A stretch of DNA of 39,912 nt from a virus (IMGVR_UViG_3300016476_000468:1-39912); one strand, 5' to 3'; positions 18,577 to 24,650 are shown, counted from the stretch's first letter. The notes: generated by a model not told the origin, from the letters alone. Program-made: numbers and translations.

Positions 18577-18650
18577 TCCCGAGTAGTGTAGTGGTAACAC
18601 AACAGACTTTGACTCTGCTATTATAGGTTCGATTCCTATCTCGGGTGCCA
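18577..18650 (+). tRNA. tRNA-Gln(UUG)
   Basis: Cloverleaf; ACAGA-CT TTG AC-TCTG; TTCGATT T-loop; encoded CCA. Confidence 0.92.
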
Positions 18651-18732
18651 AACAAAAGCACATTATGTAACCTGAAGTGCGGTCACAGGACATCGAAAGG
18701 TGTGGTAGCCGTGATAGTGTGCCTTTGTTTGG
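18648..18732 (+). ncRNA. Long-stem-closed structured RNA (unknown)
   Basis: CCAAACAAAAGCACATTAT pairs with ATAGTGTGCCTTTGTTTGG around about 45 nt. Confidence 0.5.
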
Positions 18733-18838
18733 TAACAATGTTCAAAGGAGAACGACATGAAACGTGCAAAACGTTAGTGTCGCTCAAGACTCCCGTATGG
18801 TCTTGGGTTGGCACGTAAAATCAATTTAATACGACAAC

Positions 18839-18913
18839 CCACTCGTGGCGTAATGGTAACGTACATGACTCTTAATCATCGAGTTCTGAGTTCGAATCTC
18901 AGCGAGTGGACCA
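18839..18913 (+). tRNA. tRNA-Lys(CUU)
   Basis: ATGA-CT CTT AA-TCAT; CCACTCG/CGAGTGG-ACCA. Confidence 0.92.
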
Positions 18914-18916
18914 TAT

Positions 18917-18991
18917 GGGGGTATAACTTAACGGCTAAAGTAGCTGGCTTTTAACCAGTTAATCAGAGTTCGATTCTCTGTGCCCCTACCA
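18917..18991 (+). tRNA. tRNA-Lys(UUU)
   Basis: GCTGG-CT TTT AA-CCAGT; CCA end. Confidence 0.92.
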
Positions 18992-19073
18992 TATAAAAAC
19001 ACATTCTAAAACATAACGATTTAGGATCATCAAGGGATACTTTCAGCACATCCCCGAGTGTGTTTCTATATGG
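18989..19073 (+). ncRNA. Long-stem-closed RNA containing a minimal GGGATACTTTCAGCA..ATCCC motif
   Basis: CCATATAAAAACACATTC pairs with GAGTGTGTTTCTATATGG. Confidence 0.5.
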
Positions 19074-19078
19074 TTTAT

Positions 19079-19153
19079 GGAGTTGTTAGTTTAGTGGTAA
19101 AACCACGGGTTGTGATTCCGTTATCACGAGTTCGATTCTCGTACGACTCCCCA
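19079..19153 (+). tRNA. tRNA-His(GUG)
   Basis: ACGGG-TT GTG AT-TCCGT; 8-bp acceptor with G-1:C73. Confidence 0.92.
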
Positions 19154-19159
19154 AATTAT

Positions 19160-19235
19160 GCCGAAGTAGCTCATCAGGTAGAGCAGCAGACTGAAAATCT
19201 GTGTGTGGTTGGTTCGAGTCCAATCTTCGGTACCA
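19160..19235 (+). tRNA. tRNA-Phe(GAA)
   Basis: GCAGA-CT GAA AA-TCTGT. Confidence 0.93.
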
Positions 19236-19242
19236 AAATTAT

Positions 19243-19317
19243 ACCCATGTAGCTCAATGGTAGAGCAATCGGCTGATAACCGATAGACTTTAGGTTCGAT
19301 TCCTATCGTGGGTACCA
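19243..19317 (+). tRNA. tRNA-Ile(GAU)
   Basis: ATCGG-CT GAT AA-CCGAT. Confidence 0.93.
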
Positions 19318-19323
19318 AATTGT

Positions 19324-19403
19324 ATCTCGCTGGTGTAATGACCCAGCACGATGGTTCTGAGAACTGTATTTTTATAAATAAAAGTAAATAAACCATCGGA
19401 GAT
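19324..19403 (+). pseudogene. tRNA 5'-half remnant whose anticodon loop is replaced by a late promoter (TATAAATA 19373-19380)
   Basis: ATCTCGC-TG-GTGTAATGACCCAGCAC-GATGGTT...AACCATCG-GAGAT; no T arm. Confidence 0.6.
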
Positions 19404-19407
19404 AAAA

Positions 19408-19872
19408 ATGAAATGTATGTTTTGTTCTAAAGAATTTAATTCTAATAATTCTTTAATGAACCACCAACATCGTTGTTCGAAAAACCCAAATCCGAAAGGA
19501 AATAAGTTTACGAAAGAAACTGCTAAAACTGCTTCTTCTGGTAAAAATTTTACCGCTATCGCAAAACTTGCTAGTTCTAGAAAATTAAATGATGCAGATG
19601 TGTTTGTTGAAAATTCAAGTTATGCTCGACATAACTTGAAAGCTAGAATTATAAAACAAAATTTACTAACATATAAATGCGTGTGTTGTGGTAATAAAGG
19701 TGAGCATAATGGCAAACCTTTAGTGTTGCAGTTAGATCATATCAATGGAATCAACAATGACCATAGATTAGAGAATCTAAGATTCTTATGTCCTAATTGC
19801 CATACTCAACAAGAAACATACGCAGCAAAAAACATAAAGAAAAATATCTCAGTAGCTCAACTGGCAGAGTAG
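19408..19872 (+). mobile_element. HNH homing endonuclease gene with N-terminal C2HC zinc finger
   Basis: CxxC...LQLDHINGINNDHRLENLRFLCPNCH; free-standing in the tRNA array; 3' end overlaps tRNA-Trp. Confidence 0.88.
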
Positions 19873-19921
19873 GGGTCTCCAAAACCCAAGGTTGGCGGTT
19901 CGACTCCGTCCTGGGATGCCA
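19846..19921 (+). tRNA. tRNA-Trp(CCA)
   Basis: GGGT-CT CCA AA-ACCC; ATCTCAG/CTGGGAT-GCCA. Confidence 0.9.
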
Positions 19922-19926
19922 AATAT

Positions 19927-20001
19927 GGTGATGTAGCATAATGGTAGTGCGCCTCCTTCATACGGAGCCAAGTGGTAGTTCGACTCTACTCATCACCACC
20001 A
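19927..20001 (+). tRNA. tRNA-Met or Ile2 (CAU)
   Basis: CTCC-TT CAT AC-GGAG; identity ambiguous. Confidence 0.85.
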
Positions 20002-20006
20002 AGTTA

Positions 20007-20067
20007 TTAGGATGCTTTCAGCAATGAACAAACTTTACTGGAAATAAAGCAAAAGCGCATCCTGTTG
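20007..20067 (+). ncRNA. Shared-stem (Y-like) RNA carrying a bare anticodon stem-loop GGA (Ser)
   Basis: TTAGGATGCTTTCAGCAA...CTTTA-CT GGA AA-TAAAG...GCATCCTGTTG. Confidence 0.75.
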
Positions 20068-20072
20068 AATAT

Positions 20073-20147
20073 GTCGCATTAGACTTCTGGTGAGGTCATC
20101 AGGCTTTCAACCTGAGCAGAGGGGATCGTAACCCCTATGCGACTCCA
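20073..20147 (+). tRNA. tRNA-Glu(UUC)
   Basis: TCAGG-CT TTC AA-CCTGA; atypical ATCGTAA T-loop. Confidence 0.85.
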
Positions 20148-20154
20148 AGTTAAT

Positions 20155-20230
20155 CTCGGATTGGGATAATAGGAAGTCCACCTCGTTTGGGGCGAGGAAG
20201 GTGCAGGTTCGAAGCCTGTGTCCGAGACCA
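20155..20230 (+). tRNA. tRNA-Pro(UGG)
   Basis: CCTCG-TT TGG GG-CGAGG. Confidence 0.88.
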
Positions 20231-20237
20231 AGATTAT

Positions 20238-20314
20238 GGGTCACTAGCTCAATTGGGAGAGCAACGCCCTTGCAAGGCGAAGGTTATGGGTTCAAGTCCC
20301 ATGTGTATCCACCA
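20238..20314 (+). tRNA. tRNA-Ala(UGC), bulged acceptor stem
   Basis: CGCC-CT TGC AA-GGCG; G3:U70 retained. Confidence 0.82.
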
Positions 20315-20320
20315 GTTTAT

Positions 20321-20396
20321 ACCGTAGAGTCCACCTGATGGTGATAACCGACTGTCTATCGGAATGCGGCGGGTTTGATTCCCGTCTACGGTGCCA
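20321..20396 (+). tRNA. tRNA-Asp(GUC)
   Basis: CCGA-CT GTC TA-TCGG; ACCGTAG/CTACGGT-GCCA; divergent D arm. Confidence 0.8.
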
Positions 20397-20441
20397 ATGC
20401 CTCGCCTTGACTTATGGCGTATAATAGGAAAAGTAGTAAGT

Positions 20442-20556
20442 CATCTTAATGAAATGTATTGCGTGACGCCACAGTCGTAAATGCTGCAGCATGAGAAGAC
20501 AAAAAAGCCTAAGCATGCAGATGGGCTCGCATGGCGCAGTATATTTCATTAAGATG
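20442..20556 (+). ncRNA. Long-stem-closed structured RNA (unknown)
   Basis: CATCTTAATGAAATGTATTGCG pairs with CGCAGTATATTTCATTAAGATG (22 bp). Confidence 0.55.
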
Positions 20557-20684
20557 GAGATGTGATGTAATGGTAGCATAGCACAGCAAAAAACTTATTC
20601 TGTCTGTAGAATAATTCCTGCAACACTAAAGCTATCCCTCTGTGAAAGGGCTTGTCTGCGGTTCGAATCCCAGCGTCTCCACCA
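20556..20684 (+). ncRNA. CCA-ended tRNA-like RNA with the permuted shared stem inserted and a displaced GUG anticodon-like loop
   Basis: GGAGATG/CGTCTCC-ACCA, D arm, TTATTCTGT..AGAATAATTCCTGCAA, CCCT-CT GTG AA-AGGG, TTCGAAT T-loop. Confidence 0.65.
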
Positions 20685-20692
20685 AGAATTTT

Positions 20693-20768
20693 GCCTCTGT
20701 AGTTCAACGGATTAGAATACGGTGCTACGAACGCTGAGACGGGAGTTCGATTCTCTCCAGAGGTACCA
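20693..20768 (+). tRNA. tRNA-Arg(ACG)
   Basis: CGGTG-CT ACG AA-CGCTG. Confidence 0.92.
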
Positions 20769-20771
20769 GTT

Positions 20772-20887
20772 TTAGGATACTTACAGCAATTCTAACATAA
20801 TCGTTAGGTAGTTGGTTCGATTCCAACATTATCCGCATGGATAATTAGCTCATCAGGTAGAGCAGACGCAAAGAAAGTATCCTGTTG
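20772..20887 (+). ncRNA. YrlA-architecture Y-like RNA (permuted tRNA domain)
   Basis: Closing stem AGGATACTT/AAGTATCCT; inside, in order: T arm GTTGG-TTCGATT-CCAAC, loop-closed acceptor ATTATCC-GCAT-GGATAAT, D arm GCTC-ATCAGGTA-GAGC. Confidence 0.8.
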
Positions 20888-20892
20888 TTTAT

Positions 20893-20982
20893 AGAAGCAT
20901 GTCCGAGTGGTTTAAGGAACTAGTCTAGAAAACTAGCGAGTCAGCAATGGCTCCGTGAGTTCGAATCTCACTGCTTCTGCCA
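20893..20982 (+). tRNA. tRNA-Ser(AGA)
   Basis: CTAGT-CT AGA AA-ACTAG; long variable arm; G73. Confidence 0.88.
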
Positions 20983-20988
20983 ATTTAT

Positions 20989-21080
20989 GGAAAGTAATGC
21001 AGCTGCGTTGGTGCGGCGACCAGCCTTGAAAACTGGGTTCTCAGAAATGGGATGGGGTTCGACTCCTCTGCTTTCCGCCA
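20989..21080 (+). tRNA. tRNA-Ser(UGA)
   Basis: CCAG-C-CT TGA AA-A-CTGG; long variable arm; enlarged D arm. Confidence 0.85.
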
Positions 21081-21086
21081 GATTAT

Positions 21087-21186
21087 GCCGAATGCGACGT
21101 AAGGTACGTCAATCAAAGTTATTCTGTTTTAGAATAGTTACAGCATCAATAAAAACTAGTTGGTTCGATTCCAACATTCGGCGCCA
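21087..21186 (+). ncRNA. CCA-ended tRNA-like RNA lacking an anticodon (circular permutant of the Y-like RNA)
   Basis: GCCGAAT/ATTCGGC-GCCA, D-like arm GACGT/ACGTC, TTATTCTGTTTTAGAATAGTTACAGCA in place of the anticodon arm, T arm identical to 20809-20830. Confidence 0.75.
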
Positions 21187-21190
21187 AGTT

Positions 21191-21293
21191 TTAGGTTAGT
21201 TACAGCAAACACAACGCATGGCGATGGTCGCCAATTTGACTTCTAATCAAACCGTGTGGGTTCAATTCCCACTGCAAACAAACTAGCCTGTTG
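21191..21293 (+). ncRNA. Shared-stem RNA carrying D-like, anticodon (UCU, Arg) and T arms without CCA
   Basis: TTAGGTTAGTTACAGCAA...TTTGA-CT TCT AA-TCAAA...GTGGG-TTCAATT-CCCAC...AACTAGCCTGTTG. Confidence 0.75.
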
Positions 21294-21313
21294 TATTTTT
21301 AAAGGAGAAACAT

Positions 21314-21880
21314 ATGCCAAGCGTATTCTTAACAAGTGATACACACTTTGGTCACGCTGGTGTGTGTAAGTTTTTGCGTGATGATGGTTCCAAGTTGAGA
21401 CCATGGGATAATCCAGATGATATGGATGAAGAAATGGTAAAGCGTTGGAACGAAACTGTAAAGCCAAATGACAAGGTTTACCACTTAGGTGACGTTGTCA
21501 TTAACCGCAAGTCATTAAACATCTTGCACAGGTTAAATGGCGATAAGGTTTTGATCAAGGGTAACCACGATATCTTTAGGTTAGAGGATTATACTCAACA
21601 CTTTAGAGATATTCGTAGTTACCATGTGATGAACGGTGTGTTGTTAAGTCACATACCAGTTCATCCGCAGCAATTGTATCGTTTTGGTTGTAACATCCAT
21701 GGACACTTGCACAGCAACCGTGTTATGGTTACTGACAGGTATGGTGTTACGACAGTTGACCCACAGTACTACTCTGTATGCGTCGAGCAAACAGACTTCA
21801 GACCCATCTTGTTTGAGGACGTCTTGAAGAAAATTCAAGAGCAGGGTGGTACTGTGGGATTCAAGAACGGTAACAGGTAA
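21314..21880 (+). CDS. Calcineurin-like metallophosphoesterase
   Basis: SDTHFGH, LGD, GNHD, SHIP, HGHLH; AAGGAG RBS. Confidence 0.9.
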   Translation: MPSVFLTSDTHFGHAGVCKFLRDDGSKLRPWDNPDDMDEEMVKRWNETVKPNDKVYHLGDVVINRKSLNILHRLNGDKVLIKGNHDIFRLEDYTQHFRDIRSYHVMNGVLLSHIPVHPQQLYRFGCNIHGHLHSNRVMVTDRYGVTTVDPQYYSVCVEQTDFRPILFEDVLKKIQEQGGTVGFKNGNR

Positions 21881-21881
21881 T

Positions 21882-21970
21882 AGAGGGTGGGCAGGACGGT
21901 AATGCAGCAGATTGCTAATCTGTCGTTGTAGTGATACGGCGAGTGGGTTCGACTCCCACACCCTCTGCCA
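21882..21970 (+). tRNA. tRNA-Ser(GCU)
   Basis: GCAGA-TT GCT AA-TCTGT; long variable arm. Confidence 0.92.
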
Positions 21971-22073
21971 ATTGTGTGTCGACACTGATCTCGGTGCTTC
22001 CGTTCTCCCGAGTTAGAATAGATTTAAGATACAACCCATAGGGGGTCGAGGTCTTACTTCAAGACGGAGCCAT

Positions 22074-22168
22074 GCTCCTGTAGTTTAACGGTAAAACTCC
22101 GAGCTTATACCTCGGCTATGCCTCCAGATTAGGGGATGATACAGGTTCGAATCCTGTCGGGAGTACCA
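22074..22168 (+). tRNA. tRNA with UAU anticodon (Ile AUA) and long variable arm
   Basis: CCGAG-CT TAT AC-CTCGG; about 25-nt variable region; GCTCCTG/CGGGAGT-ACCA. Confidence 0.8.
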
Positions 22169-22178
22169 GAATTTTTTT

Positions 22179-22255
22179 GCGGATGTGATGGAATTGGTAT
22201 ACGTGCTTGACTCAAAATCAAGATTCTGTGGGTTCGAGTCCCACCATCCGCACCA
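22179..22255 (+). tRNA. tRNA-Leu(CAA), short variable loop
   Basis: CTTGA-CT CAA AA-TCAAG. Confidence 0.9.
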
Positions 22256-22261
22256 GTTTAT

Positions 22262-22335
22262 GTAGGTGGAGCCAGTTGGACGGGCACTGGATTGCAAACC
22301 CATGGAAGCAGGTTCGATTCCTGTCACCTACTCCA
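22262..22335 (+). tRNA. tRNA-Cys(GCA)
   Basis: TT GCA AA loop; U73; GTAGGTG/CACCTAC. Confidence 0.85.
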
Positions 22336-22343
22336 GATAGTTG

Positions 22344-22372
22344 TTGACTTCTGACCGAAGTTGATGTATAAT
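22344..22372 (+). promoter_or_regulatory. Internal sigma70 promoter TTGACT-17-TATAAT
   Basis: Consensus. Confidence 0.75.
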
Positions 22373-22381
22373 AATGTTTCT

Positions 22382-22458
22382 GCGGTTGTGATGGAATTGG
22401 TATACGTATCGGACTTAAAATCCGAGTTTTGTGGGTTCGAGTCCCACCAACCGCACCA
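22382..22458 (+). tRNA. tRNA-Leu(UAA), short variable loop
   Basis: TCGGA-CT TAA AA-TCCGA. Confidence 0.9.
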
Positions 22459-22464
22459 AGTTTT

Positions 22465-22540
22465 GTCGCTGTGGTCTAATGGATAAGGCAACACTCTTCT
22501 AAAGTGTCCGATGGGGGTTCGAATCCCTCCAGCGACGCCA
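22465..22540 (+). tRNA. tRNA-Arg(UCU)
   Basis: ACACT-CT TCT AA-AGTGT. Confidence 0.92.
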
Positions 22541-22549
22541 AGATACTTG

Positions 22550-22578
22550 TTGACTTACAAGTATGTTTAGTGTATAAT
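22550..22578 (+). promoter_or_regulatory. Internal sigma70 promoter TTGACT-17-TATAAT
   Basis: Consensus. Confidence 0.75.
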
Positions 22579-22675
22579 TAGGTTCTGTTCTGAAATCCTC
22601 TCTAAGTCGTTACGTCAAGTCGGACGCCTGAGGTCTTAGATAGTGGTTGGCAGTCATCCACAAACTGCCATCTTT

Positions 22676-22751
22676 GCTCGGTTCGTCTATCGGTTTAGGA
22701 CACTAGCCTTTCACGTTAGTAAGATGGGTTCGATTCCCATACCGAGTACCA
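22676..22751 (+). tRNA. tRNA-Glu(UUC), second copy
   Basis: CTAGC-CT TTC AC-GTTAG. Confidence 0.92.
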
Positions 22752-22949
22752 TTTGATGATGTTATTATGGAAGATTCCTGTGATCGCAGGATAGTGACTC
22801 TCTGAGTGGTTGTGTCTCCTAGGAAAGCACAATCAGGAGTTGAATTGAAAGCGAATGCCCTTTGGACGCATTGGGAATAAGCTGAAGCGTTAAAATCAAA
22901 CTCTAGTACGGTTAAGGCTAGACTATAACGTAGTAACATCAATAAATGG
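22749..22949 (+). ncRNA. About 200-nt long-stem-closed structured RNA (unknown)
   Basis: CCATTTGATGATGTTATTATG pairs with CGTAGTAACATCAATAAATGG; internal hairpins. Confidence 0.55.
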
Positions 22950-22951
22950 TA

Positions 22952-23144
22952 GAAAGTTTATACGCATGACACTTCGGTGTAGATGTTGAGAAAGCACAGC
23001 GTCGAAAACTGTGTGAGTTGGGGCTAATTACCTTAGTAGCAAACAAGTAACGACTATCACTACGTATCGCAACCGAAACGTACATGAGGAGAATGTGACC
23101 CATGAAAGCGAGGGTCTACTGAGGTTGTCAGTCGTATAAATTTT
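22952..23144 (+). ncRNA. About 190-nt multi-hairpin RNA (unknown)
   Basis: GAAAGTTTATACG/CGTATAAATTTT closing stem; ACAC-TTCG-GTGT, CACAG/CTGTG, TACGT/ACGTA, GACCC/GGGTC hairpins. Confidence 0.55.
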
Positions 23145-23145
23145 T

Positions 23146-23238
23146 GGGTGTGTTGTAGATAAGGCGTGTTCTGCAGCGGACTGTAAATCCGTTCCCTCGT
23201 GGTAAACATTGGCGGTTCGACTCCGTCCACACCCACCA
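23146..23238 (+). tRNA. tRNA-Tyr(GUA)
   Basis: GCGGA-CT GTA AA-TCCGT; long variable region; enlarged D arm. Confidence 0.87.
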
Positions 23239-23339
23239 CTTATTAGCAAGAATTCTTGCAAGAAGAAAGCGCAGCGCCTGAGCCTCAACGGGATAAGCTG
23301 TTAAGCGGGGTATGAGTCCCAAGAAGAGGCACGAATTTT

Positions 23340-23414
23340 GGTTTCAAAGTGTTCATGGACGCACGCATGCCTGTCACGCATGAAGAAGGGGATCGTTACC
23401 CCTTGGAACCGCCA
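23340..23414 (+). tRNA. tRNA-Asp(GUC), second copy
   Basis: CATGC-CT GTC AC-GCATG; ATCGTTA T-loop. Confidence 0.85.
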
Positions 23415-23418
23415 GTTT

Positions 23419-23478
23419 TTAGGATTCTTTCAGCAATATATAATTTCACTGTTAATGAAAAGAAAGCGAATCCTGTTG
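23419..23478 (+). ncRNA. Shared-stem RNA carrying a bare anticodon stem-loop GUU (Asn)
   Basis: TTAGGATTCTTTCAGCAA...TTTCA-CT GTT AA-TGAAA...GAATCCTGTTG. Confidence 0.78.
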
Positions 23479-23484
23479 TTTTAT

Positions 23485-23559
23485 GCATCCTTAGCTCAGC
23501 GGTAGAGCAACGCCCTTACAAGGCGAAGGTCGTAGGTTCAATCCCTACAGGATGTACCA
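23485..23559 (+). tRNA. tRNA-Val(UAC)
   Basis: CGCC-CT TAC AA-GGCG. Confidence 0.92.
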
Positions 23560-23565
23560 AATTAT

Positions 23566-23641
23566 TGCGGCGTGGAGAAATGGCATCTCACCAGTCTCAT
23601 AAGCTGGAGATAGTAGGTTCGATTCCTACCGTTCGCAACCA
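23566..23641 (+). tRNA. tRNA-Met(CAU), initiator-like body
   Basis: TGCGGCGTGGAG start; CCAGT-CT CAT AA-GCTGG; lacks the three consecutive G-C pairs. Confidence 0.82.
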
Positions 23642-23645
23642 AGTT

Positions 23646-23714
23646 TTAGGATATTTGCAGCAACCAAAAATGCATTCAACTTGTAATTGAAAAAAGCAAA
23701 AAGATATCCTGTTG
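23646..23714 (+). ncRNA. Shared-stem RNA carrying a bare anticodon stem-loop UGU (Thr)
   Basis: TTAGGATATTTGCAGCAA...TTCAA-CT TGT AA-TTGAA...GATATCCTGTTG. Confidence 0.78.
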
Positions 23715-23719
23715 TTTTT

Positions 23720-23793
23720 GCCCTACTCGTATAATGGTATTACGTCGGTCTTGTAATCCGAATACGGCAGTTCGATTCTGTCGTGGGGCACCA
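23720..23793 (+). tRNA. tRNA-Thr(UGU)
   Basis: TCGG-T-CT TGT AA-T-CCGA. Confidence 0.9.
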
Positions 23794-23800
23794 AGATTTT

Positions 23801-23876
23801 CTCCGTATGGCGTAACCTGGTAGCGTCCATGCTTTGGGAGCATGTGGTGGGGGTTCAAATCCCTCTACGGAGACCA
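23801..23876 (+). tRNA. tRNA-Pro(UGG), second copy
   Basis: CATGC-TT TGG GA-GCATG. Confidence 0.92.
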
Positions 23877-23893
23877 TAGATAAGTAGTATTAT

Positions 23894-23970
23894 GCGGATG
23901 TGATGCAATTGGTAGACATGCTTGTCTTAGAAACAAGATCCTGTAGGTTCGAGTCCTATCATCCGCACCA
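23894..23970 (+). tRNA. tRNA-Leu(UAG), short variable loop
   Basis: CTTGT-CT TAG AA-ACAAG. Confidence 0.9.
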
Positions 23971-23977
23971 GTTTTAT

Positions 23978-24052
23978 TCCGAAGTAGCACAGCGGTAGTG
24001 CAGTTGACTGTTAATCAATTGGTCGTAGGTTCGATCCCTGCCTTCGGAGCCA
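23978..24052 (+). tRNA. tRNA-Asn(GUU)
   Basis: GTTGA-CT GTT AA-TCAAT. Confidence 0.94.
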
Positions 24053-24068
24053 TATTTTAGAGGAAGCC

Positions 24069-24188
24069 ATGAAAGGTAATAGCAAACATCAGCGAGTTGT
24101 TAAAAAGACTAGCCAGAATGGCAGTAAGTCTAGTACAATCAACAAATGTAAAAAGTCCAAGAAACGTTATAGAGGACAAGGACGATGA
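24069..24188 (+). CDS. Small basic protein (39 aa) ending KKRYRGQGR
   Basis: GAGGA RBS; MKGNSKHQRVVKKTSQNGSKSSTINKCKKSKKRYRGQGR. Confidence 0.65.
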   Translation: MKGNSKHQRVVKKTSQNGSKSSTINKCKKSKKRYRGQGR

Positions 24189-24190
24189 CT

Positions 24191-24340
24191 ATGAGTGATG
24201 GTGGTAAAGGGTCTGCGCCAAGACCATTTAGCATTGCCCATGAAGAGTATTCTAAAAGATGGGATGCTATCTTTCAACGTGATCTAGTTGAAGAAAAGAA
24301 AGAAGAAGAAAAGAAAGACGAAAATAAATCGGGGGATTAG
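24191..24340 (+). CDS. Small protein (49 aa) MSDGGKGSAPRP...WDAIF
   Basis: Recurrent small phage protein motif; TAG stop lies inside the next tRNA. Confidence 0.6.
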   Translation: MSDGGKGSAPRPFSIAHEEYSKRWDAIFQRDLVEEKKEEEKKDENKSGD

Positions 24341-24405
24341 TCTAATTGGGAAAACACTAGCCTTGCACGCTTGAGTCAACGGTTCGAATCCGTTATCCTC
24401 CACCA
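24331..24405 (+). tRNA. tRNA-Ala(UGC), second copy
   Basis: AGC-CT TGC AC-GCT; GGGGGAT/ATCCTCC with G3:U70. Confidence 0.87.
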
Positions 24406-24412
24406 TTATTAT

Positions 24413-24488
24413 GCGGGTATAGCTCAGTTGGTAGAGCACTTCCTTGCCAAGGAAGATGTCGAGAGTTCGAGTCTCTTTGCCCGCTCCA
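24413..24488 (+). tRNA. tRNA-Gly(GCC)
   Basis: CTTCC-TT GCC AA-GGAAG; U73. Confidence 0.94.
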
Positions 24489-24493
24489 ACAAT

Positions 24494-24569
24494 GCTCCAA
24501 TGGCACAGCTGGTAGCGCAACTGATTAGTAATCAGTAGGTCGGCGGTTCGAATCCGTCTTGGAGCACCA
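24494..24569 (+). tRNA. tRNA-Thr(AGU)
   Basis: ACTGA-TT AGT AA-TCAGT; canonical Thr body. Confidence 0.9.
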
Positions 24570-24576
24570 ATTATAT

Positions 24577-24650
24577 GCGGGTAAGCCTAAGGTGGGACAC
24601 CAGCCTTCCAAGCTGCGTTGAGTGGAGTTCGACTCTCCCTATCCGCTCCA
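24577..24650 (+). tRNA. tRNA-Gly(UCC)
   Basis: CAGC-CT TCC AA-GCTG; U73. Confidence 0.87.

Noticed and set aside
18668-18715. Hammerhead ribozyme (CTGA...GAAA)
   Set aside because: The core CUGAnGA and the three required stems could not be assembled.
20009-20067. Pseudoknot formed by CAGCA pairing with the terminal TGTTG
   Set aside because: The pairing is possible, but the 2-3 nt linker cannot span both helices at once; at most it is an alternative fold.
20407-20425. TTGACT...TATAAT as a promoter
   Set aside because: The spacer is only 7 nt; TGACTTA instead pairs with downstream TAAGTCA.
22749-23144. tmRNA or RNase P RNA
   Set aside because: No Ala-type acceptor with T arm and CCA, no convincing tag ORF, and no RNase P P4 signature recognised.
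18529-24520. Short track ORFs overlapping tRNAs (e.g. 19058, 20987, 22085, 23349, 24284)
   Set aside because: They are translations of tRNA or ncRNA sequence.
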